Notes: generated from the letters alone by a model not told the origin. A stretch of 64,000 nucleotides of DNA from Octopus vulgaris (GCA_951406725.2 OX597816.1:99138001-99202000); one strand, 5' to 3'. Shown: positions 28,326 to 42,337, counted from the first letter of the stretch. A program made the numbers and translations.

Positions 28326-30329
28326 ACTAATCATACATATTAATAATTTGTTAACTACTTAGCTATTTAATCAGTAAATTAATCAACTGCTTAATTAATC
28401 GTTCGTCAAACAATCAGTCAGCTACGTTAGCCTTAGTTCTTTTACCCACTTCATGATCTTATCAATGGCATGCCCCCTCAAATAAAGCTTCCCCTCTAGT
28501 GTATATGTCTGTTTCCTAGTTTCCAGATTCGAAATTCAGTCTTTATATTTATATGAATGTGAGTGAGTACGTATGTACGAGAAGAAAGAAAGAAAGAAAG
28601 AGAAGAGGATAGTATATGTGTATATGTGTAAGATATACGCATGCTTTTGTTTATTTGTCATTCTTTAACGTTTGTACACACAAACCTGTGTGTGTGTGCC
28701 TGTGCGCATTGATATGTATGTATAGATGTATGTATGTAACAATGTTTGTATTTATTTGCTTCTATGTATGCATATATATATATATATATATGTGTGTGTG
28801 TATGTATGTATGTATGTATGTATACAGAGGGATGCCTAAATACATACATACTATATAAATTAAAGGTGAATCTTGCTTTGTGAATGTACAAGTGTTACTC
28901 TGGTTCTGTAAGCGTGTCTTTACATAGATGGGAGCTAAGTTGATGTGCAAGTATACTAGTCAATATATTGATATTTCAAAGTATAAAGTAATTTATATGG
29001 TTGGATGAAACAAAAGCAAGAAAATAATATAAGATTGTCACATAGACATGAGAAAACTTATTAAAATCCCCCAAGTATACAAATATTCAAGTGTGTTCCA
29101 TTTCCTGTACGTAATTTCCAGTGCTGAATTAATCTTATGCATATATTAATACGTCTCTGGTACAATATCTAAACGTTGTGCATTGGTAAACAGTATCTCC
29201 GCATTGGATATATTTATTGTCACATGAATTACAAACAGTATAACATGCATAAACACTAAGATCTTTGTTCACTGTAAACAGAAAGAAACAATTTGACCAC
29301 ATACACAGTAGCACACACAAACAAAGAGTAACACAAGGATATATTTAGAGAAGAAATGCAAGGTACAAAAATTACAGAAAGCGAGAGAGGGATGTGTATA
29401 GAGAAATGGCTGTGAAAATATATGAACAAACTTCAATGATCATGCAACATCAGATGAAAAATGACGTATATATGTGCATATATATTGCGAACACAAGTAG
29501 GCACACACTCGCACCTCCCTACACGCACACGCATATATGTATATATATATATATATGGGTATATAAGTATATATATGTGCGCGTGCATATGCAAGAATTC
29601 TCAGTACAATACGGAGTATGCATCCCTGAAAACCTACCACAACGCGGAGAGTCATTACAAGAAATAACATCCCGTTGACTTTTCATATTATAAAGTGATA
29701 ATGCGTTCTGACGGATTTTTCCGGAAACCGAAAAGGGGGAAAAACGTGACCACTATTATAAGTGAAAATAACGTCTGTTAGATAATATCTACAATATGTA
29801 TACATAAAACATTGGAGAAGACATTATAATGTAAAAATGGTTTGTACAAAAGATGTTCACTACTAGATGAGGAATGATGATGCTGTAGTGACAGTTAACT
29901 GGGGTGGATGAAGAACACTATTGTTTTACTGTTCATCACCAGCAACATGTACTTGTGAGGCAAATAGCATCCAAGATAGTTTGTAGCTTCTAGTGGAGCT
30001 CAATGTGGAAATTAAGTTCATGGTAAACTCTTTTTATAATTTTCATGTTACGTTTATTCTTACTGTTGTTATCAGTAAAAACTTGCAGACCTTCTCGTTT
30101 TGCGGTCAGTTTTAGTGAAGCTAGTGGAATTTCTGTTCTCACATCTGTATTTTCAGTTTCCTATTCTAACAGCAAAAGCTCCTCGTTAGATAAGCATTCC
30201 CTGCAGAACACTAGTGACAAAGACATCATCCTCTGTTACTACTTGAAACCCTACGTTATTTGCCACTATTATATCTTTCTGAATTTAACGTAGACTTTCT
30301 GCTTATGGAAAACTTAAGTCATGGCTACA

Positions 30330-30810
30330 AGCTGGCCATCTATTTTCCAAGAACCATACAAATATGAATGTTCCCTTTCATCTCATGACTCAGCTATGTT
30401 ATCCAAAGCATCCATTAAACTGCATTTCTTCTAGGAATCTCTTGTAGATGATATTCCTTATCAATTACTTTTTGATAAGTTGTTTTGAAAGTTCTCAAAT
30501 ATTATGCCTTGAAGTTAGCTACCACGCCTTGATTCATTGGCTGGTTCGAAGAAGTTGAATGTTTGAGGATATATTCAGCTCACATTATCAGAAATTCACT
30601 AAGTAACTTAATGCGTTTTCTTTGGAGCACTTAACATAATCTTCGCTATATTGCTACGAAATTTTCTCATTTTAGACCTTAAGAATATAAATATTTCGGC
30701 TAAGGGGATAATTTTCCCTCCTTCTTCAAGCCGTTTGAAAACAATTCTTCATTTTCACTTGATAACTTCTTTCCAGATATTTTGAGTTGTGGGTAAATCC
30801 AATAACATCG
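30330..30810 (-). pseudogene. Tigger/pogo-like (DDE_1) transposase remnant
   Basis: Minus strand 30493-30543 encodes QPMNQGVVANFKA*YLR (cf. QPMDQGVIA.FKAYYLR), followed by MDALDNIAES*DE; multiple stops and frameshifts. Confidence 0.75.
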
Positions 30811-31033
30811 GCTATCAACAATTATCCCCCCTAAATAAGTAGTGAAGAACGGCAATGTTTATATACAGATATGTCTACGTATGTATTGTGATTATCATTT
30901 TCCAGATAGTTGATTTTCTTGGCCTTAGCTATTGTATGAAAAATAACGTGTACCATATTGAATCAAATGTGTTTTCGTGTTTCAAGATTAAATTAATAAT
31001 TCAAATCAATTACATAAGTAAAGTATTTATTCA

Positions 31034-32020
31034 TTAAAATATAGCCCATCATATCCCATTGTCTATTACCATCGTTGTGTCAGAACTCGATTCCAAGCTT
31101 ATAACATTTGGCTGAACCCGTTTTCAGCCTCGTCCACGTTTTTAAACTCCACCCGTACAGAACAAAAAGGGTGGTATTGCTACGGTGCAAGGTTTGGACT
31201 GTAGTGTGAGGCAGCACTTCCAAGCCCTCAAGTTCCTCATGCTTTCGAATGGTCACATTGGCGGCGTACGCTGGGCCATTGTCACATTGTCATACCGTAT
31301 GAGTGCGCATCTTCGATTGACCATTCCCGGAAGCTGCTTTCAAAGCATCATATATTCGCTACAGTTGTTGAGCTTATAGGTTATTGTTCAGATTATGATC
31401 AACTGGCACGAGTTCAAAATGGAACATCCACTCGAAAGTGGAACACTCACACATGAAACACACATAACCTTCTGTTCAAGCAACCCTGATTGACAACAGG
31501 ATTTGAATCCTGGCCGCAACGAAGCCCCTGATTTCTCGTATTGGGATAACGAAAATAGTTCCATTTTTTTCATCCTCAGTTATACATTGGATGACAAAAA
31601 CCGGCATTTCGATTATTTGCCACCAGCCATTTGCAAATGTTGGTACGTCGTTGAGCCTTGTCATCGGCTAATTAATGAGGAACTTCTTGACAGCATTTGT
31701 TCACAAGGGCGAGCTTAAGGAGATGTCAACTCATGGCACTTTGTGAAGGTCCAAGTTCTACCGATGATGTTCGAGAGCTTGTAATTGGATGTTGTCCAAG
31801 CTCTTCAAGCAAAGCCTCCTGATCCACGAAGAAGGTCTCTTTGGCTTCGTGGCTAGTGTCCACTTCCTTGAAACGCCTGAACCAATTTTGTGCTACACGT
31901 TCGTTGACGCTTCCTGAGCCTTCCACATCATAAATGTCTTTTGCCAATGCCTTTCACACAGTCCTTTTCCTCCCACAAGTAGCGTAAAATGGCTTTAATT
32001 GCAGTTTTTTCAATACTCAT
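31034..32020 (-). pseudogene. Mariner transposase pseudogene, near full length
   Basis: ATG at 32020; N-terminal HTH (VNERVAQNWFRRFKEVDTS), CITEDEK (cf. IVTGDEKW), QKVMC, YDNV...GPAYAAN (cf. HDNARPH), LEVLPH...DLAP (cf. EVLPHPPYSPDLAP) and a C-terminal RW...DGLYF*; frameshifted. Confidence 0.9.
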
Positions 32021-32235
32021 TAAACCTGTAAAAGAAGGAAAAAGCAATTAATGTTTATATGTTATAAATGAAAATAAAGAACGAACAATTCGACAATTTA
32101 ACAATTAATTGCGTTCAATTATGAAACAAAACATTGCCACGCAGTTTACAACGGTTTCATTCCAAGGCTAAAACCTCATTACCCTATTACTCTGCTAATG
32201 CCCACAAGAAAACTATTATTACGCCATATGCCCAC

Positions 32236-32500
32236 GGGCATATGGCGTAGTGGTTAAGAGCGTGGGCTACTAACCGCAAGATTCCGAGTTCGATTCCAGG
32301 CAGTGACCTCAATAATAATAATAACGACACCGACAAATACCTTAGGAATGGGAACCCAGGTTCGAAATTTACCCAAGACGCCTGATGAAGGCTGGAGGGT
32401 ATATCAGCCGAACCGTTGTGTTAACAACAAACAAGATGAGGACAACATCCGTCAAAATGTAAATAATGTAAATAATTCTTCATCTCTTAAGTATAGAACT
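32236..32500 (+). mobile_element. tRNA-derived SINE (family C) carrying a hammerhead-like motif
   Basis: A box TGGCGTAGTGG, B box GAGTTCGATTCC, an (AAT)n linker, then GACGC-CTGATGA-A-GGCTG.GAGGGTATAT.CAGCC-GAAC-CG-TT-GTGTT (32377-32422). Confidence 0.8.
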
Positions 32501-33698
32501 GCAGTATTAGTTTATAATATTAAATTACTTAGTAAACTTACTGTCGGTAAGTCCAATTTGTAGTTATCTTACGAAAAACAAAAATGTTGAAAACTTATTC
32601 CTTTCTGAGATTTCCTTTACTTATTTGTATTACTTCCTTTGAAGATATTTGCCGAGATGTCCAACTATTTAGGAAACTTGTTATATAGGTGGAATATCTT
32701 TCAATAATGCTGACAGCTTCATATCTAAATACATCGTAAATAAATATATAAGTTCTAAATTTTCTTCGTTTCGCATTATGACAAACATTGCCATATTTGT
32801 TTTTTTTTTATTTTTTCATTAGTTATAATTTTAGAGTCTCATCATATTAGTATGATTAAGATTGCAGACATTTCTAATTAACAGAAAATAAACTTTTACA
32901 CCTATCAATCAAAATAAGAAGGAAAATTAAACATTTATATTATTCGTTTGAAATTGAAGTTTTACACCTCTGCCCACACACAATTTTTCACCATATATTC
33001 TAGTTTGTCTATGCAGTAATTAAACGACTCAGCCATGCTTATGTTCTAAATACGTTTCTTCTATATTGCAATTAGTTACATCTTTTGCTATATATAGTTT
33101 AAAACGCCTATCTTTTACAATGTCAGTAAAGGCGTATATATGATAAATCAGCCAGATTTCTCGTATAATACAACCTAGCACCTTAACAAATGACGCACGA
33201 AATAATATAATACTAGATAACGAAAAAAGTAACGGTTTCAATTTGAAAGCCATACATGACACGAGTTGATCTGGAATCAACAAGAAAAATATCATCTCCA
33301 TACTGCACTGTCAAAAGTAATCTTAATGTACTTACAGTAACGACAGAAATATTCCTCGTATGTCTCCTTTGTTCCTCCGCATTTCATGAGCATTTACTCT
33401 ACGTCTCCATCTGATATAAATAATGCATTTTATCCTTTAAATATGTTTCTCCTAAGAAGTGTGAATTGGATAATTCATGTGCGCCAAGATTAAATGTTTG
33501 ACACAAAAATCGCAAGATTACTTTACATTTGTATTATATGCAAATGGGTATAAGCTATCTATGTTATGATATGAAAGTTCGGTCGGTCGGAAGGTATGCA
33601 GGCAAGCAGGCAGGCAGGCAGGCAGGCAGGTAGGTAGGTAGGTAGGTAGGTAGGTAGGTAGGTAGGTAGGTAGGTATGAATAGTATGAGTGTCATACT

Positions 33699-34030
33699 AT
33701 GGAAGGAAATTCCCATCAAAACCTCTGACAGACGCACACATAACAGACCTGATATAGTTATTTGGAAAAGATTAAAAGAATTCGATGTATAGATATGGAG
33801 GTTAGTTGCACGGCAGATGAGAAAATCGCATCCAAAATCAACGACAAGGAGACTATAGAATACTTAACAACTTCTTTCAAATCTACATATTATTCACCTT
33901 GTCTATAAATTCACATATGTACTAATCATCTTTCAGTCACTTAGATATATCAATAAATATAAAGCGACAATCTAGAAAAGATTTGGAAGTGTTTTACAGA
34001 TACATGTATGTGGAACAGTTAAAATATGCA
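33699..34030 (+). pseudogene. Restriction-like endonuclease domain fragment of an RLE-type non-LTR retrotransposon
   Basis: WKEIPIKTSDRRTHNRPDIVIWK...CIDMEVSCTADEKIASKINDKE fits the RPD.....E........K.K (PD-(D/E)xK) REL motif; frameshifted. Confidence 0.75.
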
Positions 34031-34103
34031 AAATAGACTTGCTTTTTGTCCTATGGGTAACAACTATAATTTCTTATTTGCTTGCCTGTAGAAAGTAGGT
34101 AAA

Positions 34104-34245
34104 ATGGCTATGATGCTCCCCCACCACTCTTGATCATGATCAGAGATGCACATATTGTCAGCCACTAAGGGGCTTGTTCAAGTAGTAAAGGTCAAGCAGC
34201 TGACAAGCAAATTTGTGGTATTGACCAGAATATTTACTATAACGA
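34104..34245 (-). repeat. Dispersed fragment of the repeat found at 63130-63612
   Basis: Reverse complement of ~63170-63310 (TGTGCATCTCTGATCA...GGGAG(A)GCATCATAG). Confidence 0.75.
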
Positions 34246-34558
34246 TATTTCTGCTCCAGCTAATCAGTGCCGAATCTGTCTGAAATGAAATGGGAAAAAT
34301 GTCAGATTCAAACCATTAACCTCCAGGTCAGAAAAGCAAAGTTTGAAGGGAACTAGTGTCATTTCTTTTGATTGCTAAATAGAAGCATATTCGAAATAAC
34401 ACTTACCAACCAAAACACCACAAAATAAAAATTTTGTTACGCAGTGTTCTCGTCCTTGTCATTTAAATTCCGATGAAGAATATTTGTCTTTGTTAGAAAA
34501 CAACATCTTCAGTCTGGTGAGAATATGAATATATATAAAGATGTGAAGACATGCGCAT

Positions 34559-34591
<33 letters not shown>

Positions 34592-34596
34592 GTACA

Positions 34597-34627
<31 letters not shown>

Positions 34628-34665
34628 GCATACATACATACATGCATACATACATCGTATATATG

Positions 34666-34708
<43 letters not shown>

Positions 34709-35085
34709 ATATGTATATATATATGTATACGTCTGTATCAGTTAGAGGTTAAGAAACAATCCAAGGGATATTAAATATCCAATATAACACTGTATATGTA
34801 CCTATGTATTTTTAACCAAGTGCTTACTATTGCATGGCATCATTGAAATTGAATACTAGGTATGGGTGGGGGTAAATTGGAAATTTATCCAGGATTTGTA
34901 AAGAAAATAAAGATATAAAATCGACAAACAGCAGCCAGTAAACATTCCATTATAACTATTTATTCAATATCAAACATGTGTTTAATTGGTACAAGTAAAC
35001 AAACGAAATCAGCCAATAAATACGTAAACAGATATATAGAGAGAGAAATGAATGAATAATAATAGATGAGTGTACAGATACAAAT

Positions 35086-35217
35086 CCCTTGCGGCCGTTT
35101 CTACCATGAGGCCTCAGAAACTTCCAAGTCATCCTCATCACGTCAGTGATATACAGGCATGAACAAACATTGGACAAAGATTGGATAATGATTGAGCCTC
35201 AAGTCTTCTTCAGAGAG
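35086..35217 (-). ncRNA. Degenerate hammerhead with extended stem II (Penelope pLTR-like)
   Basis: Minus strand: CTCT-CTGAAGA-AGACTTGAGGCTCA...TGAGGCCTCATGGTA-GAAA-CGGCCG-CA-AGGG; palindromic stem III, U16.1 replaced by C. Confidence 0.5.
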
Positions 35218-35754
35218 TACAAATGTTAGGAAACTAACATGTGGGAAATTCAGTTGGAATAATAGAGTAGGGTAAAATAAGGTAAGATAGAATAAAATAG
35301 GTAAAATTATAAAAATGATGTAATGTTTGGTAATAGAGATGGTAATGAAAAGGTAAGAACTTCATTTTAAGGTGTTATTGTATAATCCATGGAATTCCAT
35401 CCTGTTGTAAGTAAAGTCACTCTCAGGAGATATATCCGTAGGCTGTGGTTTACATCGTGTTTCCATTACACTGGGGGAAATAGTGAAAGTAGTATGTTAT
35501 GTGGTGGATTTAATGGTATGGTCCACGTTACAGGGGTCAGAAGTTAGAGGCTATCCGCTATTTAATAGATAGAACATTACGAAAGGAGTTGGCAGAAATA
35601 ATTTAAATTGAACCTGTTGGTGGGGAAATTAATACATAAGTACATGAAGGAAAGAAAAACTGGGCAAAACCTTAGGGCGATGTTAACATCGCACCAAGGA
35701 ATACAATCATCGTATAAACTAGCACAGATGCACACATACTCATACACATGCACG

Positions 35755-35790
<36 letters not shown>

Positions 35791-37414
35791 CGTGCGTGTA
35801 TGTGTATATATATTTATAGACCCTCATAAATATATGCACGCGTATACATGAATGCTAATGTATGTATTTGTGTACTCATATGCTTATACCATATGTCCGA
35901 GTACACAAATATAATCACATTATGACATACGTTTATAATCATAACTACATATAATCTATTTAGTCTGAGAATGTGTGCCTCTGTTGTTGCAATACCGCTT
36001 CTCTTGTGTCATTAATTAGTTTACTGACAAAAGAAATGCCTGAATGCTTCTTATTGTTATTTTTGTTCTCTTGAAGTCTGAAAGCTTACGTTTATTAATG
36101 AATCCTTAAATGTACTCATTTAACACGACTTCTATATAGAAAAGCAGTCAATTCCATTACTACTTCTTCTACAATTTAGTCTGTGTCTGAAAATAAACTT
36201 AAAGCATACACGTAGCAAAATAACACAAATCAACAAGAGTACCTTGATATGATCGTTCACTCGATAAAATTAGCTGCTATATCTCCCCCTCATCGCACTT
36301 TACTGACTTAAACTGGAAAGCCAATTTGCATTATATAAACCTATGTATAATACAGTTGAAAGAATTCTGGAAAGTCACAACAGGAACACCTTGTATATGT
36401 GTTTACTATTTCAGGGTGTTTGCGCTTTTGCTATTCTAAGAGTAAGAGGGGAGCATTAATAAGGAAGTGGATGCAATTTAACCTGCTGGAAATATCCAAA
36501 GTTCCCATCTCACACATCCATCTTGAGAAACGGATAATGTATGATACGTATATAATATCTAAAGTGTGAGATAATCACAGGTAAAATATCTTCAATCATA
36601 GACCTACCTGATTAGGGACTGACTTCATATCATGCACCAATGACAGTGTTGAAGCTGACGACAACAAAATAAAAGGCAACAAACACTACAACAATAGACC
36701 ATATGCCTGAGCCAGGAGAACCGTTACTACATGGAGTAAAATTCTTAGTAGCATTTCTTCCGTTCTCTTTTCTGATTTCAAATTACGATGAGGTTGAATC
36801 TACCTTTCACCCTTTTGATCTCAATGAAATAAGTAATATTCGAACACTTGAGCTGATGTATTCAGCTTACCCTTTCCCTTTAAAATAGCTAGCATTCCGC
36901 TAAAATTAGCAAGATTTAGTATTGTTGTTTTCGTTGATGATGATGATGCTGTTTTGTAAAGAATCATGTACAGAACAGCGGAGGTGTCCTGCATATATGA
37001 ATTAGATTTAATGGGTGGAAGGGAAAATGTCTGCAACGAAATATACACTTCTATGTCATGGCTTATAGAGTAAGAATATCTTCATTAATCCAGCTAGTTA
37101 TAAGACTGAAGTCTATGAAGTATTTCTTCACGCATCACTTATTTAATGATTTCGATGTTCCGCATGAGTGTGTTTAATAGATTTTTAAACACTTAATAAG
37201 GAGCCACAATTCCTCGCCAGAGGATTTGGAGTTTCTTTCCGTGTGTTTATATGTTTTTATGTTTCTGATGTGTGGCTGTTATTTCACTCATTATTTATTT
37301 TAAGATGTATTGAGTGTACACGCACACACACACATACATACAAACACACACAAACACACACATATACAGAGGCAGAGAGAGAGAAATTTATGTATTGTAC
37401 GTATGCATCACTAT

Positions 37415-37446
37415 TATATATCTATGTATATGTATGTGTGTGTGCG

Positions 37447-37505
<59 letters not shown>

Positions 37506-37722
37506 GTGTGTGCATATATGTGTGTGTAAGTATATATATGTGTGTGTATGTATATATATATGTGTGTGTATGTATATATATATGTGTGTGTGTATATATA
37601 TATGTGTGTGTATATATATGTGTGTGTGTATATATATGTGTGTGTGTATATATATATATATGTGTGTATATGTGTGTATATATATATGTGTATATATATA
37701 GGCATATATATATATATATACA

Positions 37723-37758
<36 letters not shown>

Positions 37759-37817
37759 CATATATATATACATACATATACATATATATATATATACGTT
37801 TAAATATTTATATGTGT

Positions 37818-37870
<53 letters not shown>
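37415..37870. repeat. Long compound (TA)n/(TG)n microsatellite
   Basis: About 450 bp of alternating TA and TG runs. Confidence 0.95.
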
Positions 37871-37871
<1 letters not shown>

Positions 37872-39888
37872 TCCAGTGTATATGTATTGCATACGTTTAC
37901 TTGTGTTTTTTTTACATGATTTAGTGCATTTTTTTCTTTTTCTTGGGCTGGTTGTTTAGTTACCGAAGTTTATTCATGTTGAATAATTGCTTGAAATCTT
38001 GATCGGATCAGATATTAATTCTTTTGATAACAAAATTGTCGATAAAAATAATAGTAACAACATTAATAACAATCATAATAATAATAATAATAATAATAAT
38101 TAATCACCACAAAAATATTTATCATTATTTTTATTATTAATTTTACAATACTTATTAATGTTAGCGGTCTTTCACATTAAAGCTGAACCGAATCTTTCAT
38201 CTATTTCAGTAGCAAAACAATCAGTTATCTCCCTTAATTCTACTATTTCCTGTACAATTTTATTATTCACAAAAATGTTTTAATGCTAGTAGTGTGATAG
38301 TGTGAGACTTATGTGTGTGTACGTGTATTCATGTCTGTGTTTGTGTGTGTTTGGCAAGCCTGAGTACGTATTCGTGTGCACACGCGTGTGTGCGTGCGTG
38401 TGCATGTGAGCCTCTTTCTGTATATATGCGTATATGAATGTTAATATTTATATATTAATTATAACGAGATCAAAACAGTTTGTTTTGGCTGGCGCCTTAT
38501 TTTCTGTGCTGATGGGTGTTCAATTTATGCGTGTGTATATATGTGTATTTATGCAAAGGTTATAGATAGAAACCGAGAGTGTGGGAGGGAGGGTTGTATG
38601 TGTGTATATTCATGCATAAGTAAGAACTCGGCTATGATTCAGGTAGTAGTAAGACTGCTTTCTTATCACAAGGTTCAGGTTCAATCTTTCCTCGCCTCAC
38701 AGCGGGTTTGTTCCAGGCATTGTATGAAAAACTAAATAGACGTAAACTGAGGAGTTCTTCGGATGGAGTATATCTATAATTCAAAGAGCAAATTTTATTA
38801 AAACTGCGAATCATATTCTTGTCATCTGAGAATTATTTTAAGTGTACATGTGTCTGTTGAATACTCTACCACAAATATTATAATGTAATTTAAGTATTTT
38901 GTGATTTGAGGGAGAAACGAGTGATATTTCTAACCGATCAAGCGATCACGTACAAATCCCTGTTAACTTTGGTGACGCCTGTTTTAGAGAAGCGAATTCG
39001 TAAACGGAAGGAGACTGTACTGGATTTTCACGAATTAAAATCGTATAAAATCGCCCAGTGTCCTTGTAATGTTGAAAATTTATTAAGATATATTGAACCT
39101 GGTATGACGAATACTAAACGGTAAAGGATTACGTTCAAATGATTTGTGAGTGTGTAACTCATTCGATTTTCTCTTATAACTATTTTTCACTTCTTTAATG
39201 ACATCGGAGACGACTTCAACGATATAACATGCACTATACTGTCTATGGATTTAATGACAGTTTGCTTTTGATGAATATTCCTATTACGGCACAGGTCGAA
39301 TTCTTGTCAGTATTTATCCTAAATTTTATATCTTTATTTTCAAAATATTCCATTAACTGCTGTATTATCAGGCGTATATTCCCAAACCTAATCTATTTTA
39401 AAATTGTTTTCCCCTTAAATCGTATTCTGCGTTTGTTTAATACTGAATATGGCTGCAAAATACTATAGTCTGTTTCTTGAAATAGTAGGATTAGCTTTGG
39501 ATAATGTCATAAAGTGTTATATGGAAGTAAAATGGCAGAGAGAGAAAGATATAGTTTTAGAATATAATCATGGGGTAATGATTTTTATTTGTTATAGTAC
39601 CGAGCTGGAATTGTATTTTACCAGATCCACTCAAGTGAAAACTATTTCCTTGATTTCTAACAAACTGCAGATATGGTAGCTATAAAATATATCTACAAAG
39701 TAACATTTGCACATGAATATATTGCTTGAAATATTTCATTTTATTCACTGCAGTCGGCTCCGCAACAATTCAATTCTGAGTATATTAGATTATAATCAAT
39801 TGCTCTTACCCGGAACAAACACTTTCCCTTTAACGATAACCGAGCACATTATCCAGCTCTATTTCTATCAATTGTCCTGATTTGCATA

Positions 39889-39952
<64 letters not shown>

Positions 39953-40101
39953 CATCATTTTCATTATTATTATTATTATCATCATCATTTTTATTATTAT
40001 TATCATCATCATCATCATTTTTATTATTATTATTATTATCATCATCATTTTTATTATTATTATTATTATCATCATCATCATCATTTTTATTAATATTATT
40101 A
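39889..40101. repeat. (ATT)n tract evolving into a ~30 bp higher-order unit (ATT)n(ATC)nATTTT
   Basis: About five successive ATT/ATC blocks punctuated by TTTT at roughly 30 bp spacing. Confidence 0.9.
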
Positions 40102-40571
40102 TTTCTCGAGCATCTTATTCTCACTGTATGTTATTACTGCACTACTGAGCGCAAATCTTTGCACTATGGGTTATAAGCAGTGTTTTATTTTCGTTTTCTA
40201 TATTCTATTGCAAAGGAAACTTGGTATAATATGTGTACAATGGCTAGTAAAGCTGTATATTATGAATACTTGTAAGTCATGGGGGTTCATTTATGTATTT
40301 GATTGTTTTTAATCGCTACCACAGGTCTAAATACTTTAGGCAATGTTTTTTCTTTACAAACTCCATGTTCTGGTTATTTCCATTTTCAAACCTTCATATT
40401 TAGATAATTTCTCCATTTTTGTTAGACACCTTATCCTTTATCATCTATTAGGACTAAAGCTGCGATGAAGCGACACTGTTTTAGCAACATTAACCGATTG
40501 CGGTTCCCTCCAAGTTAGTATAGAATGGCATTCATGAGAGTATGTTCATTTTACGATTCTTTACTACCAGG

Positions 40572-42337
40572 ATTATTATTATTATTATTATCATCAGAGG
40601 CTTTATTGCAGGTCCTGGAATCTTGCATGCGTTGCGGGCTTATTACTTGATGCTTCCGGTACCATGGTATTCTCTCTTTTCACTGTCTAAGACTATCCTG
40701 ATTATTCTGGCTGTGTCAAAGAGGCAAACCTTTTGTAACAGTTCTACTGGGCACTCTATTCCATTTTATTTTTTATAGTCGTCTTGATACCTTCTGATAC
40801 TCTTCCCAACGACCCAACAATGATTGGCGCTATCTTCACCTTCATTTTCCTTAGCCGGGCTATTTCGTACTTAAGAGGGTTGTATCTATCTTTTCGCTTT
40901 CCTTCTTGACTATTCGTGGGGTTCCAATGTAGTATTTTTACTACTTGGTCGTGTCGCCACACCTCGTAGTGGTTTTGCACAAGTCTCGAGCATTCGTTCG
41001 TGATACGGGCAAAGGTTTCCTCCACTCTATTGAGGATGCGTCACAGCGGAAACACTTGCTCATTCCTAAAGTTCACTTATTCATTCCTCAGGTTGACCCA
41101 TTCGTGGCCAGAACTTGATCCTAAGCCGCCAGTATAGTACTTTCGATCTCTTCTGTTAGGGTTCCTTTCATCAGCTGATCCCACCTTTTTTTTTCCAGCA
41201 ACTTTTGATTGTGATTACATGGAATTGATTGTATTGTCCCGTCTTGCGTAATTCTTCTTCATGACCTTTTTGTACTTCTTCCTTTGTTTCCCCTTTATCT
41301 CTGCTCACAATATTCCATCGTTCCTAACTTTCACTAACAAGGTTTCCTTACTTTGGTCTAGATATCTCATTAAAATGTCGAGTTCGATACGCACGCAATC
41401 TTCCACACTTATCACTCTCCTTGCACCATTTGCTCTCTTCATGTATAGGCGATCAGTGTTTGCACGGGGATGATAGGCTCCATGCGTCGTTAGGAGGTTT
41501 CTTGACTTCCTATTTATCTGCTTTGGCTCCTCAACTGACCATTTCAGGATTCCAGCGCCATACCGAACTACTGCAACTGCGTGCATGTTTATTGACGAAA
41601 TTATATTTCTGGCATTCAGTTCTGAAGCAATATTTTTCTCACTCACCGCAGGTACTCGTTTTGTGATTTCCTTTGTTGTGGTGTTTGATTCCGTCTGCGT
41701 CGAGTATTCTCTGGTATTTATGGCTGCATTGAGGTTAAAAAACCTTAATCAATTCCCCACATCGCAATCATATGCCTTCTGTCTTGGCAAGCTTTCCTCG
41801 ACTCTTCACCATCGTAGCACATTTTGAGAGTTCAAACTCCATCTTAATATCATTGGAGAAAATTCGCACAGACTGGGCTAAGCTGTCCAATTCTGCTTTA
41901 GTTTTTTGTGAAGAATTTCAGGTCGTCCATGAATAGCAAGTGGTTTAGTTTTCGCTTAACTCTTCTCAGATCATATCTCAACTTTGTTTTCTATAGAATT
42001 TCATTCAAGGGGATCATTCCCAGCACGAATATCAATGGGGACACACTGTCTCCCTGCAAGATTCCTCTTTATATTTTCACCTCTCCTAGTACTTGCTTCC
42101 CTGCTGCCAATTAGGTTCTCCAGTATTTCATGCTATTCCATATAATGCTGTTCATATTCTCTGCTACTCCACACATTTCCATTGTTCTTATTATCCCTTT
42201 CTGAGTAGCAGCTCACTTCGTTCCAAATACTTGTACAGTTCACCAACCAAAGCACCTGATATTAGTTTCCACATTAGCAGAAGGCATGTTATTGGTCTAA
42301 AGTTGGGTGGAACATTTCACTTTTCAGGATCCTTGTT
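40572..42337 (-). mobile_element. Decayed R4/Dong-type non-LTR retrotransposon (RT + 3' REL region, (AAT)n tail)
   Basis: NFRPITCLLLMWKL, RGILQGDSVSPL, NHLLFMDDLK, ELNARNIISSIN, HPRANTDRLYMKRANGARR, ECSRLVQNHY..WRHDQV, KVKIAPIIVGSLG, LLQKVCLFDTARIIRIVL; ends in (AAT)n; internal deletions. Confidence 0.9.

Noticed and set aside
29706-29750. CTGACGG...GAAA and other partial hammerhead-like words (14571-14600, 26478-26505, 54699-54715)
   Set aside because: Stem II or stem I cannot be formed with correct spacing.
32236-32310. tRNA gene
   Set aside because: A/B boxes are present, but there is no complete cloverleaf or acceptor stem and no oligo-T terminator; it continues into a SINE body.
39830-40148. 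Poly-N/D and poly-I ORFs
   Set aside because: Trinucleotide (ATT/ATC) repeat translation with no flanking coding context.
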